Positions 27,504-41,059 of a stretch of 64,000 nt of DNA are shown one piece after another. This stretch comes from Octopus sinensis (taxonomy: Eukaryota), in NCBI RefSeq assembly GCF_006345805.1, contig NC_043004.1:72106001-72170000 (forward strand), written 5' to 3'. Each line of letters begins with the position of its first letter. Position 1 is the first letter of the stretch. The notes below the pieces were generated by a model. That model was given only the letters and a program-made list of their open reading frames with translations. It ran no database searches and was not told where the DNA came from. The position numbers were made by a program, and so were the translations under genes.

Positions 27504-27971
27504 ATTAGATATTACAAGAAAGACGAAGTTCAACGTAAGTGGTATTAACTTAACACTTTAATGGGAATAGAGATAGTTGTAACATTACGGACGTGAGACC
27601 TTTACTGGAAGAAAGACAAAAGCATGTGGGACTGCCTAAACGGAGTTGTCAGTGAGAGAGAGAAAGAAGCAGACGAAGTGTTAGGGAATGCGGTTCTATG
27701 AAAGGAAGTTAAGATGGAAGGAGAGGTGGATGTTTATGTGCAAGTATACACGAGCATTAATGTGTGGTAAACGGCACATACGGAACTCGTATGTTTGGCG
27801 GGTGTGATGAAAGCGCGGATGTGTGAAGAGATAGGAACGACAGAGAATTAGGCAAGAGGAATGTGGAAGGTGTGATAGGTGTGATAGTGTGTGTGTGTGT
27901 GTGTGTGTGTGTCTAAGTGAATGAGCGTGAGGTGTGTCTTGCACAGAAGGAATGTATGAGCTAAGAGAAGC

Positions 27972-28003
<32 letters not shown>

Positions 28004-28169
28004 ACGAGTGCTTTAAGAGAAGAATTAATGAAAAAATATTAAAAAATTACGTGGCACTGGTAAAATCTGAATCAAAAGCAAATAACAGAAAAGAACACAC
28101 GCGCGCATATGCATATATATGTATATATATATATACATATGTATATACATATATATATTATATATATAT

Positions 28170-29010
28170 ATATATATATAGGTTAATCCAAACGGGAAAA
28201 CAGAAAAAACAACAACACGTGGAACAATTACAGTATTATTATTATTAGGCGCTCAGGGAAAATGGAAGAAGGAGGGTATGACCTTTCGAGCGGAGCTCTT
28301 CGTCGGAAACATAAGAGAAAGAAAGAAAGATCCCGAGACTGAGGACAGAGGAAAAAAAAATTGCAGGTCGTCTTCACGAGGTCACATACTGAAAAGACGG
28401 AAGTAGTATAAAAAAGGAGGAAAATGTTTTTTAAACAGGGAGAGCTGAATCAATGAGGGAATGGTTAAAGGAAGTGTTGCGAGAGGACGGTGTGTGTGTG
28501 TGAGTGTGTAGTGGGTGGTATGTGGTGTATGGTGGACAATGGCTGAACATAAGAGAAAGAAAGAAAGATCCCGAGACGGGAGGACAGAGGAAAAAAAATT
28601 GCAGGTCGTCTTCACGAGGTCACATACTGAAAAGACGGAAGTAGTAAAAAAGGAGGAAAATGTTTTTTAAAAACGGGAGAGCTGAATCAATGAGGGAATG
28701 GTAAAAAAAGGTGTTGCGAGATGACGGTGAGTGTGCGTGTGTGTGTATGTGTGTGTATGGTGGACAATGGCTAGTAGCAAGCAGTAGTATAATTAAAGGA
28801 GTGGTGTGGGGGTACCCTAGCAAGTCGGAAAGGCAGATCAGAAACAGGGAGGTATGTGTGTGTGCGTGTGTATGTATGTGTGAGTGTGTGCGTGTGTGTA
28901 TGTGTGTGTATGGTGGACAAAGGCTAGTAGCGGGCAGTAGTAGAATTAAAGGAGTGGTGTGGGGGTACCCTAGCAAGTCGGAAAGGCAGATCAGAAACAG
29001 GGAAGGTATG
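28170..29010 (-). repeat. Probable Penelope pseudo-LTR region with internal direct repeats and a degenerate hammerhead
   Basis: About 28308-28490 repeated at about 28546-28730; about 28760-28915 repeated at about 28915-29070. Minus-strand CCGACGA-agagc-tcc-gctc-GAAA at about 28283-28307. Confidence 0.55.
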
Positions 29011-31650
29011 TGTGTGTGCGTGTGTATGTATGTGTGAGTGTGTGCGTGTGCGTGTGTGTATGTGTGTGTGAGGCGTGATAAAAAACAGAAATATGTATAT
29101 GTTAGTGCGTGCGGGGCGGGAAAGGGTGGGGGGTATGTAACGTGCCAGTGTGTGTGTTGAGTGGTAGTGTGTGTATATGTCCAGCGTGCGTAGTTGTGTG
29201 TGTGGCAAGTAAATTTGAAGTGTGTGTAAGTGTAATGTGTATATATATGCAAATGTGTGTGTGTGAGTGTGTGTGTGTATGTGTGTGCGTGTGTGTACAA
29301 AAACGGGAGGGGGGTTAAGGGAAAAAGAACTGCAGCGAAGGGGGGAGAGGAGGGGGAAGATGGAAGAGTGGTCCCGCGGCGACAGGCGTGGGAGAACCCA
29401 AAGACAACGCGCCGGCCCCAGATACGGACAGGAGATCCGGTCGGTCAACCATGAGCGTGGTGCAAGCGTGCGTGTATGCGTGCGCGAACGCGCACAAGCG
29501 AGCATGTGCGCGCGCCTGCGATTGCGTGTGTGAGTATGTATGTGTGTGGATGTGTGAGTGTGTCTGTGTGTAAGTCTGAGTGTCAGTGTGTCCGATGAAT
29601 GTAAGTATGTGTGTGTGTATAGATGTATGTCCGTGTGTGTGTGTGTATGAGTGTGTATGTATGTACGTGTGTGTGTGTGGAAGTGTGTGTATGTGCATGT
29701 GTGCGCGTACATGCAGGTGTGTGAGTGAGTGTGTGTCTGTGTATGTGTGTGTGAGTGTGTATGTCTGTGTGTGTAGGATGCATGTATGTGTATGGGTGTA
29801 TGTATGTGTGTGTGTATGTATGTATGTGTACGTACGTGTGTGTGTGTGTGCATGTATGCGTACATGCGTGTAGGTGTGCGCGTGTGCGTGCATGCATGCG
29901 TGTGCGTATGTGTGTGTGTGTGTGTGTGCATGTGTGTAGGTATATATGTATGTGCGTATATGTGTGTGTATGTGCGTACATGTGTGTGTGTGTATGCATG
30001 TGTGTGTATGTAGGTGTGTAGGCGTGTGTGTATAGGTGTATGTATGTAAGTATGTATGGGTGTGTCCGTGTATGTGTGTGTATGTAGGTGTGTAGGCGTG
30101 TGTGTGTGTGTGTGTATGTGTGCGTGTGCGTGTATATGTTGGTGTGTGTGTATGTGAGTGTGAGTGTATGGGTGTTTGTCATGCATGTGTGTGCGCGTGC
30201 AGGCGAGTGTGTGTGTAAGTATGTGTGTATGCATGTGTGAGTGTGTATGTGTGTATGTCTGTGTGTATGTATGTGCGTATAGGAGTATGTAAGTATGTGT
30301 GTGGGTGTATGTATATATGTGTGTGTGTGTGTGCATGTGTGTGTGCATGTGTGTAAGTATATGTGTGTGTGCGTATGTATGTGTATGTGTGTGTGTGTGT
30401 GTGTTTATATGTATGTGTTTTATGTATGTGTGTAGGCGTGGTGTGTATAGGTGTATGCATGTATGGTTGTGTGTTTTGTGAGTGTTTGTGTGGTGTGTGT
30501 AGGTTTGTGTGTATGTATGAGTGAAGGTATGGCTGTGTAGGTGTGTGTGTATGATATAAGTGTTGTGTGTGTACAAGTGTAATGTATGTATGTAGGTGTG
30601 TGTGTGTGTGTGGTGTATGTGTGCGTGTGCGTGTGTATGTGTGTGTGTATGCGTGAGTGTGAGTGTATGGGTTATGTCTGTGTGTGTGTATGGTCTGAAG
30701 TAGGTATGTGGTGTATGTATGTGTGAGGTGTGTGTGTGTATGAATGTAAGTGTGTGTGTGTACAAGTGTAATGTATGTATGGTGGTGTTATGTGTGCGTG
30801 GTGCGTGTGTATGTGTTGTGTGTATGTATGCGTGTGGGTGTGAATGATGGGTGTATGTATGCGTGTTGGTGTGTGAGTGTATGGGTGTATGTTCTGTGTG
30901 TGTGTATGTCATGAAGTAGGTATGTGTGTGTTTGCGCAGGTATGTGTGTGTGTGTATGTGTTGTGTGTAAGTGTGTGTGTGAGTAGGTGTGCGTGTATGT
31001 GTGTGGGTAGGGATGCATGCGTGTGTGTGGGTATGTATGTTATACATACGCACGCACACAACCGAAGCACGCCACACACAACAAGCGCGCTCGCACACGC
31101 AACACACAACAATACAACGCAAGCCCATGGGGCCGACCAACCCCCGTCACGCGCCAAGGCGTGCGCGCGCGGGGCCCCCGAACACCCCTCCACGGGAACC
31201 GAGGATCCATCAACCAAAACTAGAAAGCAAAAAGGGGGGCTGCCTGGGTCGAATAGGGTATGTGTGTGTGCATTCGTGTAAAGGTGTACATGTGTGGGTA
31301 TGTGTGTATGTATGTGTGTGTGCGTACATGTATGTGCTCATGTGTTGTGTGTATGTAAGTATGGGTGTGTGAAGTATGTATGTGCGATGTGTGTGTGTGT
31401 GTATGTGTGTACGTGTGTATGTGTGTATGTATGTATGTATGTCTCTGTGTGTGTGTGTGTGTGTAAGTATGTATGTGTGTGTGTATGTATGTATGTGTGT
31501 ATGTAAGTGCGTGTTGGTTTGTATGTTAGTGTGTGCATGTGTGTCTGTAAGTATGTGTGATTAGATGTATGAATGCGTGTACGTAGATGTGTATTCGTAT
31601 GTGTGTTTGAACAGGCGTGTGGGATGTAGGTAGGTGTGTGTGTGGGGGGG
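29010..31650. repeat. Long degenerate (TG/CA)-rich simple-sequence tract
   Basis: Imperfect TG/TATG repeats over about 2.6 kb; the source of spurious His/Thr ORFs. Confidence 0.9.
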
Positions 31651-31675
31651 TTATCCGAGAAAAAAAAAAAAAAAC

Positions 31676-34440
31676 CTAGGAGGAGGGGGCTGTGTTAAGT
31701 CCGTGTGGGGTAGTGGTCTGTAGGGTGAAGATGTAGCGTTGCTCCAAGTGGAGCCTAGAAAGAGGACGGCCATTGTGGGGGGGGGCGAGACCAAACACTG
31801 AGATGTCATCTAGGGAATGGCTGGCCGAGCGGAAGTGGCGTGCGATAGGAGAAAGGGAGTGTAGGCGAACGTCCCTCAAATGTTCTGTGAATCGATCGGA
31901 CAACCGGCGTCCCGTCTGTCCTACATACAGCATCCCGCATAGGTTCATTTAATGCAGTAAATGAGGCCAGACGAGGTGCACGTAAAAGAGTGCCTAATAC
32001 GTACAGTGCGCCGGGTTGGAGCCGTGGACAGCAGTGGTGTTGGGTGATGAAGGGGCAAGTGTTGCAGCGGGATCTAGAGCAAGGGAATGACCGTGTGGGG
32101 CTGAGGGGGAAGGAGAGAGGGCTGTGGACCAGGAGGTCCCGTAGATTACGGGCTCGTTTTAAGGAGGACAGGGGTGGGTAGGGAAAATGGGGGCGGGTTG
32201 TGGGATCAAACTGGAGGCGACGGAAGGCACGTAGTATCTTGCGACGAAGGGTAGGGTAGAGGGGTGAAAAGGAGGGGGAGGGGGTGCGGCGGTTTGGGGG
32301 GGGGGGTTAAGGAGACAGGGCGGTGGTGCGGGTCGATGCGTCGGGCGCGGGTGAGAGCATTAGAGATGAGTATGGGTGGGTAATCTCGGAGTCTGAACAG
32401 GCGGGACAGGTATTGAGATTGGGTCTCGAAATCCTGGTCGCGCTGCACAAACGCGGAGCGGAGGAACTGTGAGTAGGGGATGGCTCGTTTGGTGTGGAAG
32501 GGGTGGGAGGAGGAGAAGTTGAGATAGGGTGGGAATCCGTGGTTTAAAGAAGGCGGAGGTGGTGAGAGAGTTGGAGGGGTGGTCGATTCGGAGAGAGATG
32601 TCGAGGAAGTTGACAGAGGTGTTGGAGATGGTGGAGGTGAATTGAAGAGAGGGGTGAAAGTTGGAAAGGAAATAGATAATTGGCAGAGGTTCGCGGGGGT
32701 GCTAGGGGTGGGGTCGGGACGATGGTCAAGGAAGTGTTGGAGGGCTAGGAGACCGTCATTGTGGGGAATCACAGTGTACAGGGATTTTACATCTAATGTG
32801 AAAGGAGGTGTGAGGCTGGAAGGGAAGGAAAGGATTGAAGAGACGAGGACGTGGGTTGGTGTGGTCGTGTATGTGGGATGGGAGGGCTGCGACTAGGGGG
32901 GGGGAGGGGGGGGGGGGGGGAATTGAAGAGACGGGGTGTTGGTGTGTGGGGGATGGGACAGGATGCGGTCGAGGTATAGGGAATGAGTCAGTGGGGCAAT
33001 TACAGGCAGAGACTATGGGACGGCCCGGATTAGAGGGTTTATGGATTTTTGGGAAGGAAGTAGATGGTGGAGGCGGGGTGTGCGGACGATGAGGTTGTGT
33101 GCGGTGGGGGGGAGCAGAGGAGAAGATGAGGTCGCGGATGGTGGAGGAAACTCGCTGTTGGTAGGAGGAGGTGGGATCGGAGGGGAGGAGGCGATAGAAG
33201 AGGGGATTTTGAAGCTGGTTGAGCGCTTCCTCCCTGTATAGGTCCACGCGCCACACTACCACTGCCCCGCCTTTGTCCGCCGGCTTGATGACGATGTCAT
33301 CACGGCGGCGGAGGTGGCGAAGGGCAATGGATTCGGCCCGAGTGAGGTTGGTTCAGCGGGGACGTGGTTCAAAGTTGAACCGGTGGACCAACGCGTTGCA
33401 GTCATGTACAAACGAATCTAGGCTACTGAATAGGCCTGGGGCGGCGTCCAGTGGGATGGACGACGCCCCAGCTCCACAAGGCAATCCTGATTGTTGTGAC
33501 GCTGCGGGGACGCGTGGTAGTATGCGCAAAGTTTGAGGCGGCGCAGGAACAGGTTGATGTCAACCCGAGTCTCGAACTCATCACAGTGGCGCGTGAGTAG
33601 CGTGAAGCGGAGACCCTTACTGAGGAGAGAACGCTCGGCGGCGGAGAGGGGAGGTTGGGGGGTATAGTGACAACAGCGCGAGGAAGCGGGGTGGTGGGAG
33701 GACTAGGGTCAGGCAGAGGGTGCAGGGTGTGAAGGGGAGGGGAGGGGTGGTTGGGTGAAGATGGGTTAGGCGTAGGAAGGTCACGGTGTGGGTCCGTGGG
33801 AGGGGGAGGGGGTAGGTACGAAGGAGGGGTTTGGGGGAGCAGTGGGGGAGGATGGGGAAGGGGGTGAGGGGTTGAGGAGGTGGTGGAGTTTTTTGTTTTT
33901 TGTGTGTGTGAGGAAGTTGTGGAGTTGGTGGTTGAGATTAAGAATGAAGCGGAGGATAGGTTGGGTGAAGAGTGGAGGGCAGAGGGCGGAGAGAAGGAGG
34001 TAGGCCTGGGGAAGTTGATGGTCGAGGGAGTCAAGGAGAGGGCGGGTGGAGCGGATGGTGGCGCGGAGGAGGGAGCGGGAGGTACGAGCGAGGGTGGGTT
34101 CGATGAAGGGGGAGGAATAGGGGGTAGCGTGGAACTTCAAGAGGAAACCGCGGGGTGTGACATGATGGCGGAGGCAACGGCTGAGAAAGGAGAGATGGCT
34201 GGAATGGCGAGTTTTCTTAAAAAGCAAGCGGGAAAGTTTTTTAGCAGGTGCGGAACATTGTGGGGGGTAGAACGCGAGAAAGCGGCTAAGGAGGGATTGA
34301 AGGTGTTGGACGAACGAGTGCAAGTCAGGCATGATGAGAAGTGGTGGCAAACAGGTAAATGTGGGTGGTGGCGATACAGAAAAAAGGAGAGACAAAAGGA
34401 AGATAAAAAAAGCAAAAGGGGAAGACAGTTTGAAAACAAT
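31676..34440 (-). mobile_element. Penelope-like retroelement, near full length, GC-rich, frameshifted
   Basis: N-terminal HLSFLSRCLRHHVTPRGF; ADKGGAVVVW, PKIHK, GRPIVS and DVKSLYTVIP RT motifs; KRAIPYSQFLR; GIY-YIG LYVGQTGRRLSDRFTEH...PHGLN. Confidence 0.9.
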
Positions 34441-34722
34441 AGAACAAAGTAGAAAAAAGTAGAAAAAAGTTAGGAAAGAGTTAAGAGAGTCAACGGACAG
34501 ATTAAATAATGATTTTCAATCACGATAGTAGCAGTACTCCGGAAAAAAGGTAGCAGGTAATCCGTAGGTCCAGACGACTGGTAAAAGTAATCAGTAGGTG
34601 CAAAAATCCGAGAATTGGTATCCAAGGTACCATATATATGCATATGACCCGTTCTTTTTTTTTTCTTTTCCTTTTTTGTATTATCTGTCTGAATGTTTTG
34701 CGTTCTTATCCCATTTTCTGTA

Positions 34723-34763
<41 letters not shown>

Positions 34764-37526
34764 TATAATATATATATATATTATATATAATATAATATAT
34801 ATATACAGTATACACACACACACACATTGTATATATATTAGTTTTGTTTCCTCAGCCGACTTCCAGATTATGTTTGCAATTTGATGTGACATACATGTGT
34901 GTGTGTATGTGTGTGTGTGTGCGCGCGAGCGTGCGTATGTATTAAATTAATAATTTGCAAAGATTGAGCAGTGATTTAAATTTACAATATGTTACCAGTA
35001 TTTATCTTTTACGCCGAGCGGTATGATGAAACCCAATGTTTAATACAGTATTGTTCTTAAGATTTAACTAAATACCAAATCTACACAATCATCCGGAGTT
35101 AAAAAGTAAACATAAGATACATCGGCATGCATTTTTGGTTTATGTTGTTTATCTCCAGGTGAACTCGGATCGAAAGATTTATGTTGAAAGGCACTCGGAT
35201 TGAGTTCCTCACCTTTACGTGTATACCAAGAAAGACATTCAATAACGTGATCTGATAATTACAAGGTGATAGGAGATAATTTGAAGGAATGTATCTGATA
35301 CTTTAATAACTCTACCATGATAGAATTATTATAAGTGTGTATGAGTGTTTGTGAGTATGTAAGAGGGAGAGAAAGAGAGCGATTTTGGGAGAGAAGACTA
35401 AACAGTCACTAGACTTTAAAATGTCTTCAATTTAAACTTCTCTTTGACGAATTCACTCAAACAAAAATATCCGTTATCGTAACTTATTTAAACTACTCAC
35501 TCTTTTACTATATTCCCACACTCACACAGGCTTACGGTAGTTTCACACATTGCACTCTGCATATTTTTATACTCCAAAAACATCCTTTTCAGTTTTTTAA
35601 GGATGGAACAGAAAGACATCTGCCGGGTGTAGATGTAGTATTTTTAACCGACCACACTGCTACTTCTAAGGCATGTTCAGCAAATTCTTTAAGAAAACAT
35701 CTGAATCTGCTTTACAATAAATAGGTGCAAATGTATTGTTCGATTCCTTATTTTAGAGTTCATATTTCCTCATCCTGTACGGATGTTTAAGATAAATAAT
35801 GGAAGATATTACGCAAACACACCTTTACATATTTTCTTGCCGTATGTTGAGTAAACTTTCTGGAACATTCTGTTGCACACAAAGACAAGTTCACAGATTT
35901 AGTTTCCGAATGTTATATTTGAAGGGTGATAATTCTTTGTTATAGTTTTTGCTTCTGTACTTTTTCCAGTGATCCGTTGAGATCCAGTTATATCGTTGTT
36001 AAATAAAACATCTTTATCCAAAAAATAGATTTGTCTATCTTATTTCTAAAACACTTTCCTCTTCTCTACATAAACTGTGATGTATAGAATTAATACTAAA
36101 ACAATAGAGCCTGATATGAAAAATATCATTTGGCAACCAACCCAACCAACGATTGAATGAACTTTTTAAAACTTTATACTAAGTTTTAAGGTCAGTGAAC
36201 TTTAAAATAAGCGAACAAGAGTTTTCAAACTTTACAGCGTACCGGATTTCGACTAGGGAAAATACTCTGCTCAGTTCCGCCTCAGTACTTTCTACAGAGA
36301 GCAGTTTTGCAGTAAACAGTGACTTCTGAAGTGACTCTTTGCCACTCAAATATTACCCTAAATCTCAAACTTCGTCATCGATAGTAAACACTCGTTGAAT
36401 CATCGTATTGTCTTCGCCTACGAAAAGCAGAACAAAGCATTGATGAAATGAAGGAACCAGATTCTTTCATAACTAAAGAATAAATATTAGTTGCGCTGAT
36501 TGCAGTGGATCCTGGCTTATCTCTTTCGAGAGTATTTAAGTTTCTTTTTTTTTCCTTTTACATTCTATATTAGACTAAAGAAGTGTCTACGACATTCCAT
36601 CTTGGACTTTTTATTCCTCTTCTTTTCAGTGATTGGACAAATTTTCCTTTTTTAATTACTTTTTGTACAGTAATTCATCGCAGGTTTGAGTATGTAGGTC
36701 ATTTTCCTTTAGATACTCATTTTGTAATTTGTATTCTTTTAGTTTCATGTAGGATAGTGCAATCTATGCTTGTAGCCAATTTGCTTATAGCTTTCTGCAC
36801 ACGCCCGCATGGATATTATCAATGATACAAGCACAAACTCACAGACTGCTCACCTGAGTAGTGAGTGAACCAGCATTTGTTGTTTGTAGTTGCTTCACTT
36901 TTACTCTGCAACTTGTCGTTCATATTCACTTATGACTTTGGAAATCACAAGTATAGAGTAAATGCTGTAACCCAGTACGACTTGTTTCATGGTCGAAACG
37001 TCAAGGACTAATCTAGCAACACCATCAAAACCCACCTTACACCAAATGATGAATAAAATGGGTTTTGGACACACTGTAAGATGAAAAGCGAAACCAGTCA
37101 AAAGACAGATGAAGTCAGAAGGGACAATAGAAATCTACTTTTTGAGACACAACATCGATATCCAATGATTGCACAAATTGGCTGATGCTACAAATGTATC
37201 TTAGTTGTTGTTTACAATTTATGACAGACCTATATCTATTAAATCAATAAGTTTGAATTGAGAAGCTGAGGAATTAAATAAGTTCAAGTTTTATTATCGG
37301 TTTCCAGGAAGTTGTTATTAATCTTTAATCACTGACCATCACCGATTAAGCAGTCAATATGACCAAAGGACTTCGAGACGCAAATATTTTTTTTGTTTTT
37401 GTAACATGCCGTATCGGTAATGCAACATTATCCAACGGTGCATTCACTGTCAAAATTTGAGGGAAACATGGGAACTCTTTCCAGCATATCGAGCTACCAC
37501 AGAGAGATTTATCCATGGTGATTATA

Positions 37527-38756
37527 TCAGGTTGAGTAAAAAGTAAGCAACGTTTTGAAACATGAAGAACTTGTACCGGATTTGTGCAGAGTTTTGAATT
37601 TCTTTAGAACATTTTTTCAATAGTTTGATAATACAGACATAGACTTGTCCAAATGCATCACTGAATTAACATTGATATTTTTTCATCGTTGTTACAATAA
37701 TCTGAAATGGAACTCTCAAAACGCGATATTCAAGTAATTTTGCTATTCAACTTCAAAACAGGACGTAAAGTAGCTGAAATTGCTCGTGATGCCAACGAAA
37801 CGTTTGGTGATGAAATGACCAGTGAGTGGTCAGCTCGAAAGTGGTTTAAACGATTTCACAGGGGAGATCTGAGCCTTCAAGATCGTGAGCGTAGTGGAAG
37901 CCCGTCTGTTATCGATTATGGTCAGTTAAAGACTGTCATTGAGAAAGATTGAAGTAAAACCACTCGAGAACTGGCAACAGAATTTTAGATTAGCCAGAAA
38001 GCTGTCTCCAGCCATTTGCATACGATTGGAAAATCAAAAATGCTCGACAAATGGGTACCACACGATTTGATTGAAAATCAGAAAATGCGTAGGTATGAAA
38101 TTTGCTCGTCGCTTCCTCTCTGTAGCCGGACCGATTGTATCTTGCGATGAAAAGCGGAGTCTGTACAATAATAAAAACGTTCTTCGCAGTGGTTAAGCCA
38201 AAACAAAGCACAAAAAAACCTTCCCTAAACCTCAGCTCTTCAAAATGAAGGTCATGGTGATTGTTTGGTTGTGTTCTGCTAGATTCATCCACTAAAACTT
38301 AAAACCTGGAAAAACTATTACTGCAGAAACATAGTGCTATGAAATTGTCAAAATGAACGAAAATCTGCTAATCCTCCGTCCCAGACTGGTTAACAGAAGA
38401 GGACCAAGCATTCTTAATGACAACGTTCGACTATATATTTCACTAATGATGCTCCATAAGTTTAGGGAACATGGCTACGAAGTTCTTCCCCACACATTTC
38501 TCCTACCGACTATCACTTTTTCAAACACCTTGACGGTTTCCTGCGAGAGGAAGAGTTCCAAAAACAAACCGACGCTGAAAGTGCGCTCTAAGAGTTCATC
38601 GGCTCCAAAACTCCAGGCTTTCATGTTAGCGGAATAACCCAGCTTGTAAATGGTTGGCAAAGTAAATGGTTACTTTGATGAATAAAATTTTCGCATTATA
38701 GTTATATAGTGATGAATTTCGTGTCTCAAAACATTGCTTGATTTTTACTCAGTTAG
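37527..38756 (+). mobile_element. Degraded full-length mariner
   Basis: TIR-like GTTGAGTAAAAAGTAAGCAACGTTTTGA and TCAAAACATTGCTTGATTTTTACTCA. MELSKRDIQVILLFNFKTG, WVPHDL, CDEK and NDNVR motifs. Confidence 0.85.
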
Positions 38757-38849
38757 TAGAATATATGTGAAAGTAGATATTACTTTTTCATTCGAATTTC
38801 AGTGTTCCACAATCTTGATTTCAAATAAGGTCATGCTTGTATAGGATGA

Positions 38850-39640
38850 AACATTGCAAGATAAAGCACTATACAAGAAATTGAAAACGATTGAAACTGA
38901 AAATAGGTGGGTAAAGGAAAGAATGCATGGTCAATTTCATAGGGATGTTGAAGATAAGACAGGAAAAGAAAAAAGATGGCTGTGGATGACTCAAAAGGAG
39001 GCTCTAGTCTGTGCTGCCCAAGAGCAAGCACGAACAACAAACTATATAAAATACAGAAAAGACAGCACATCAGAAAGTGATAAGTGTAGAATTTGTGGAC
39101 AAAATATGCCGTATGGCATATTACCAGCCAATGTACGCCACTAGCTTATAAGAGACGCCACGAGGATATAGCCAGGCGTCGTCGAAAATAGAAATGCAAA
39201 GATCCTATAGGATTTTATGATTCTGTGCGACCATGAGATAGGGAACACAGTCTTAATTAAGATAAAGAAAACAAACTATGCTAGATCATAGATATAGCAT
39301 GCCAAGCTAAGAACAATGTATGCGATAAGGAAGAAAGAAAAGTTAAGAGATATGACAGGTTAGCTTGTGAAGTTAAGCAGTTGTGGTCGATGAGAAAGGC
39401 AGCAGTAATACCAATAATTGTCGGAGGCCTGGGAACAGTGGGCAAAAATCTCGGGAAGTACGTGGAACAAATAGGGGCTGCAATAAGGGTGGAGCACTTG
39501 CAGAAAACAGCACTGCTTGGGACCGCTCGAATACTCCGGAAGGTACTCAAAAAATAAGAGGTGTTACCTTAGTTCACTGCTAGTGGACAGCTGACACCGT
39601 AGTACATTTCCAGCGTAAGAAGCTATGCAAAATCAATTAT
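38850..39640 (+). mobile_element. R4/Dong-like non-LTR retrotransposon 3' fragment
   Basis: MHGQF, CAAQEQA, CRICG, RRHE, IIDIAC, IPIIVGGLG, LQKTALLGTARILRKVL. Confidence 0.8.
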
Positions 39641-39664
39641 GAGAAGAAGAAGAAGAAGAAGAAG

Positions 39665-39701
<37 letters not shown>

Positions 39702-39868
39702 GCAGCAGCAGCAGCAACAACAACAACAATAATAATAAAAACAGCAATAACAATAACAATAACAATAATAATAACAATAATAATAATAATAACAACAATA
39801 ATAATAATAATAACAATAATAATAATAATAACAACAACAATAATAATAATAATAATAACAACAACAAC

Positions 39869-39946
<78 letters not shown>

Positions 39947-40034
39947 GATGATGATGAGGATGATGACGATGATGACGACGACGATGGTGGTGGTGGTGGT
40001 GGTGTTGGTGATGATGATGATGATGATGATGATG

Positions 40035-40073
<39 letters not shown>

Positions 40074-40080
40074 TAATGAT
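39640..40080. repeat. Compound trinucleotide microsatellite (AGA/ACA/GCA/ATA/ATG/GTG)
   Basis: Directly visible; about 440 bp. Confidence 0.95.
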
Positions 40081-40081
40081 A

Positions 40082-40555
40082 GTCTTGTGCAGAAAGAGTA
40101 CAAGTGTAGACACGAGAAGGTAGCCCAAAATCTACACTGGCTACTATGCTGTAAGTGTGAATATGAGGTTACAGGTGCTTGGTACCAACATACACTAGAA
40201 AAGGTAATAGACGAAAAAGGAAGGCAAAACACCTCTTGGATTTGTCCTCAGACAGAGAAAGTATTAAAGCACCGAAGGCCGGATATGTTAACCTTTAGGG
40301 GGGGGACAAAGAAGAGGGCTTAATAATTGACGTGAGATCAACATATCATCATGAAAGAAAGAGAAAAGTTGATATATATGGAAACCTGAGAACTGAGATC
40401 GCTAAGATGTGGCAGCTACGAGAGTCAAACATAAAGGCTATCCCTATTGTCATCGGAGCATTGGGTTCAAATACCACCACAATCTAGGTGTATTGAAAAA
40501 GTCAGCATTACCTGAAACTGCACGCACATTGCGTAAAATGCTGTCTGTCTGAGAT
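40082..40555 (+). mobile_element. Second R4/Dong-like 3' fragment
   Basis: LVQKEYKCRHEKVA, RRPDM, IPIVIGALG, TARTLRKML. Confidence 0.75.
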
Positions 40556-41059
40556 GATTGATTTTATGGTACACAGAATAAGAATTGGAACATAGAAGTT
40601 CTGTAAGTTACCAAAGCAGCGGGTGTCTAAGGAAAATCGTAACGTAAATTACAGCTTTGGAGTTTTATTTCTTCTTACAGTTGGCTTGTCAGCCCTGTTA
40701 GTTTCGCTAGACCCCAGTATTGACACCAATCCTGGGCCAATGGATTTTGTAGCATTCAGATACGAATCAGGAACTTAAAAAACTTAATAGTTTTCATGCT
40801 AAAATCGAAAGCCATTTATCATTTCTGGAAACAGGCAAACTAAAAAAGTTATATTTGTCTAAAACAATTTGTCTAAAACATTATTAATCTAGAAACAATT
40901 TGACTAAAAAATATTTTTTCCCTCTTTCTTTCTTTATTTTTTGTTTGATGAATTTAAAATTCTTTGTGTTTCTAACTAGCTGTTAACTACTTAAAAAAAC
41001 ATTAGGATTATTTAAATTCAAAATGCATAAAAAACGAAACAGTATTTACTGAAACTACT

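Noticed and set aside
28924-31140. 738-aa His/Thr-rich ORF
   Set aside because: Translation of a degenerate (CA)n tract; overlapping frames give the same low-complexity output.
39633-40232. Poly-Tyr/His/Cys, poly-Leu and poly-Ile ORFs
   Set aside because: Trinucleotide microsatellite translations.
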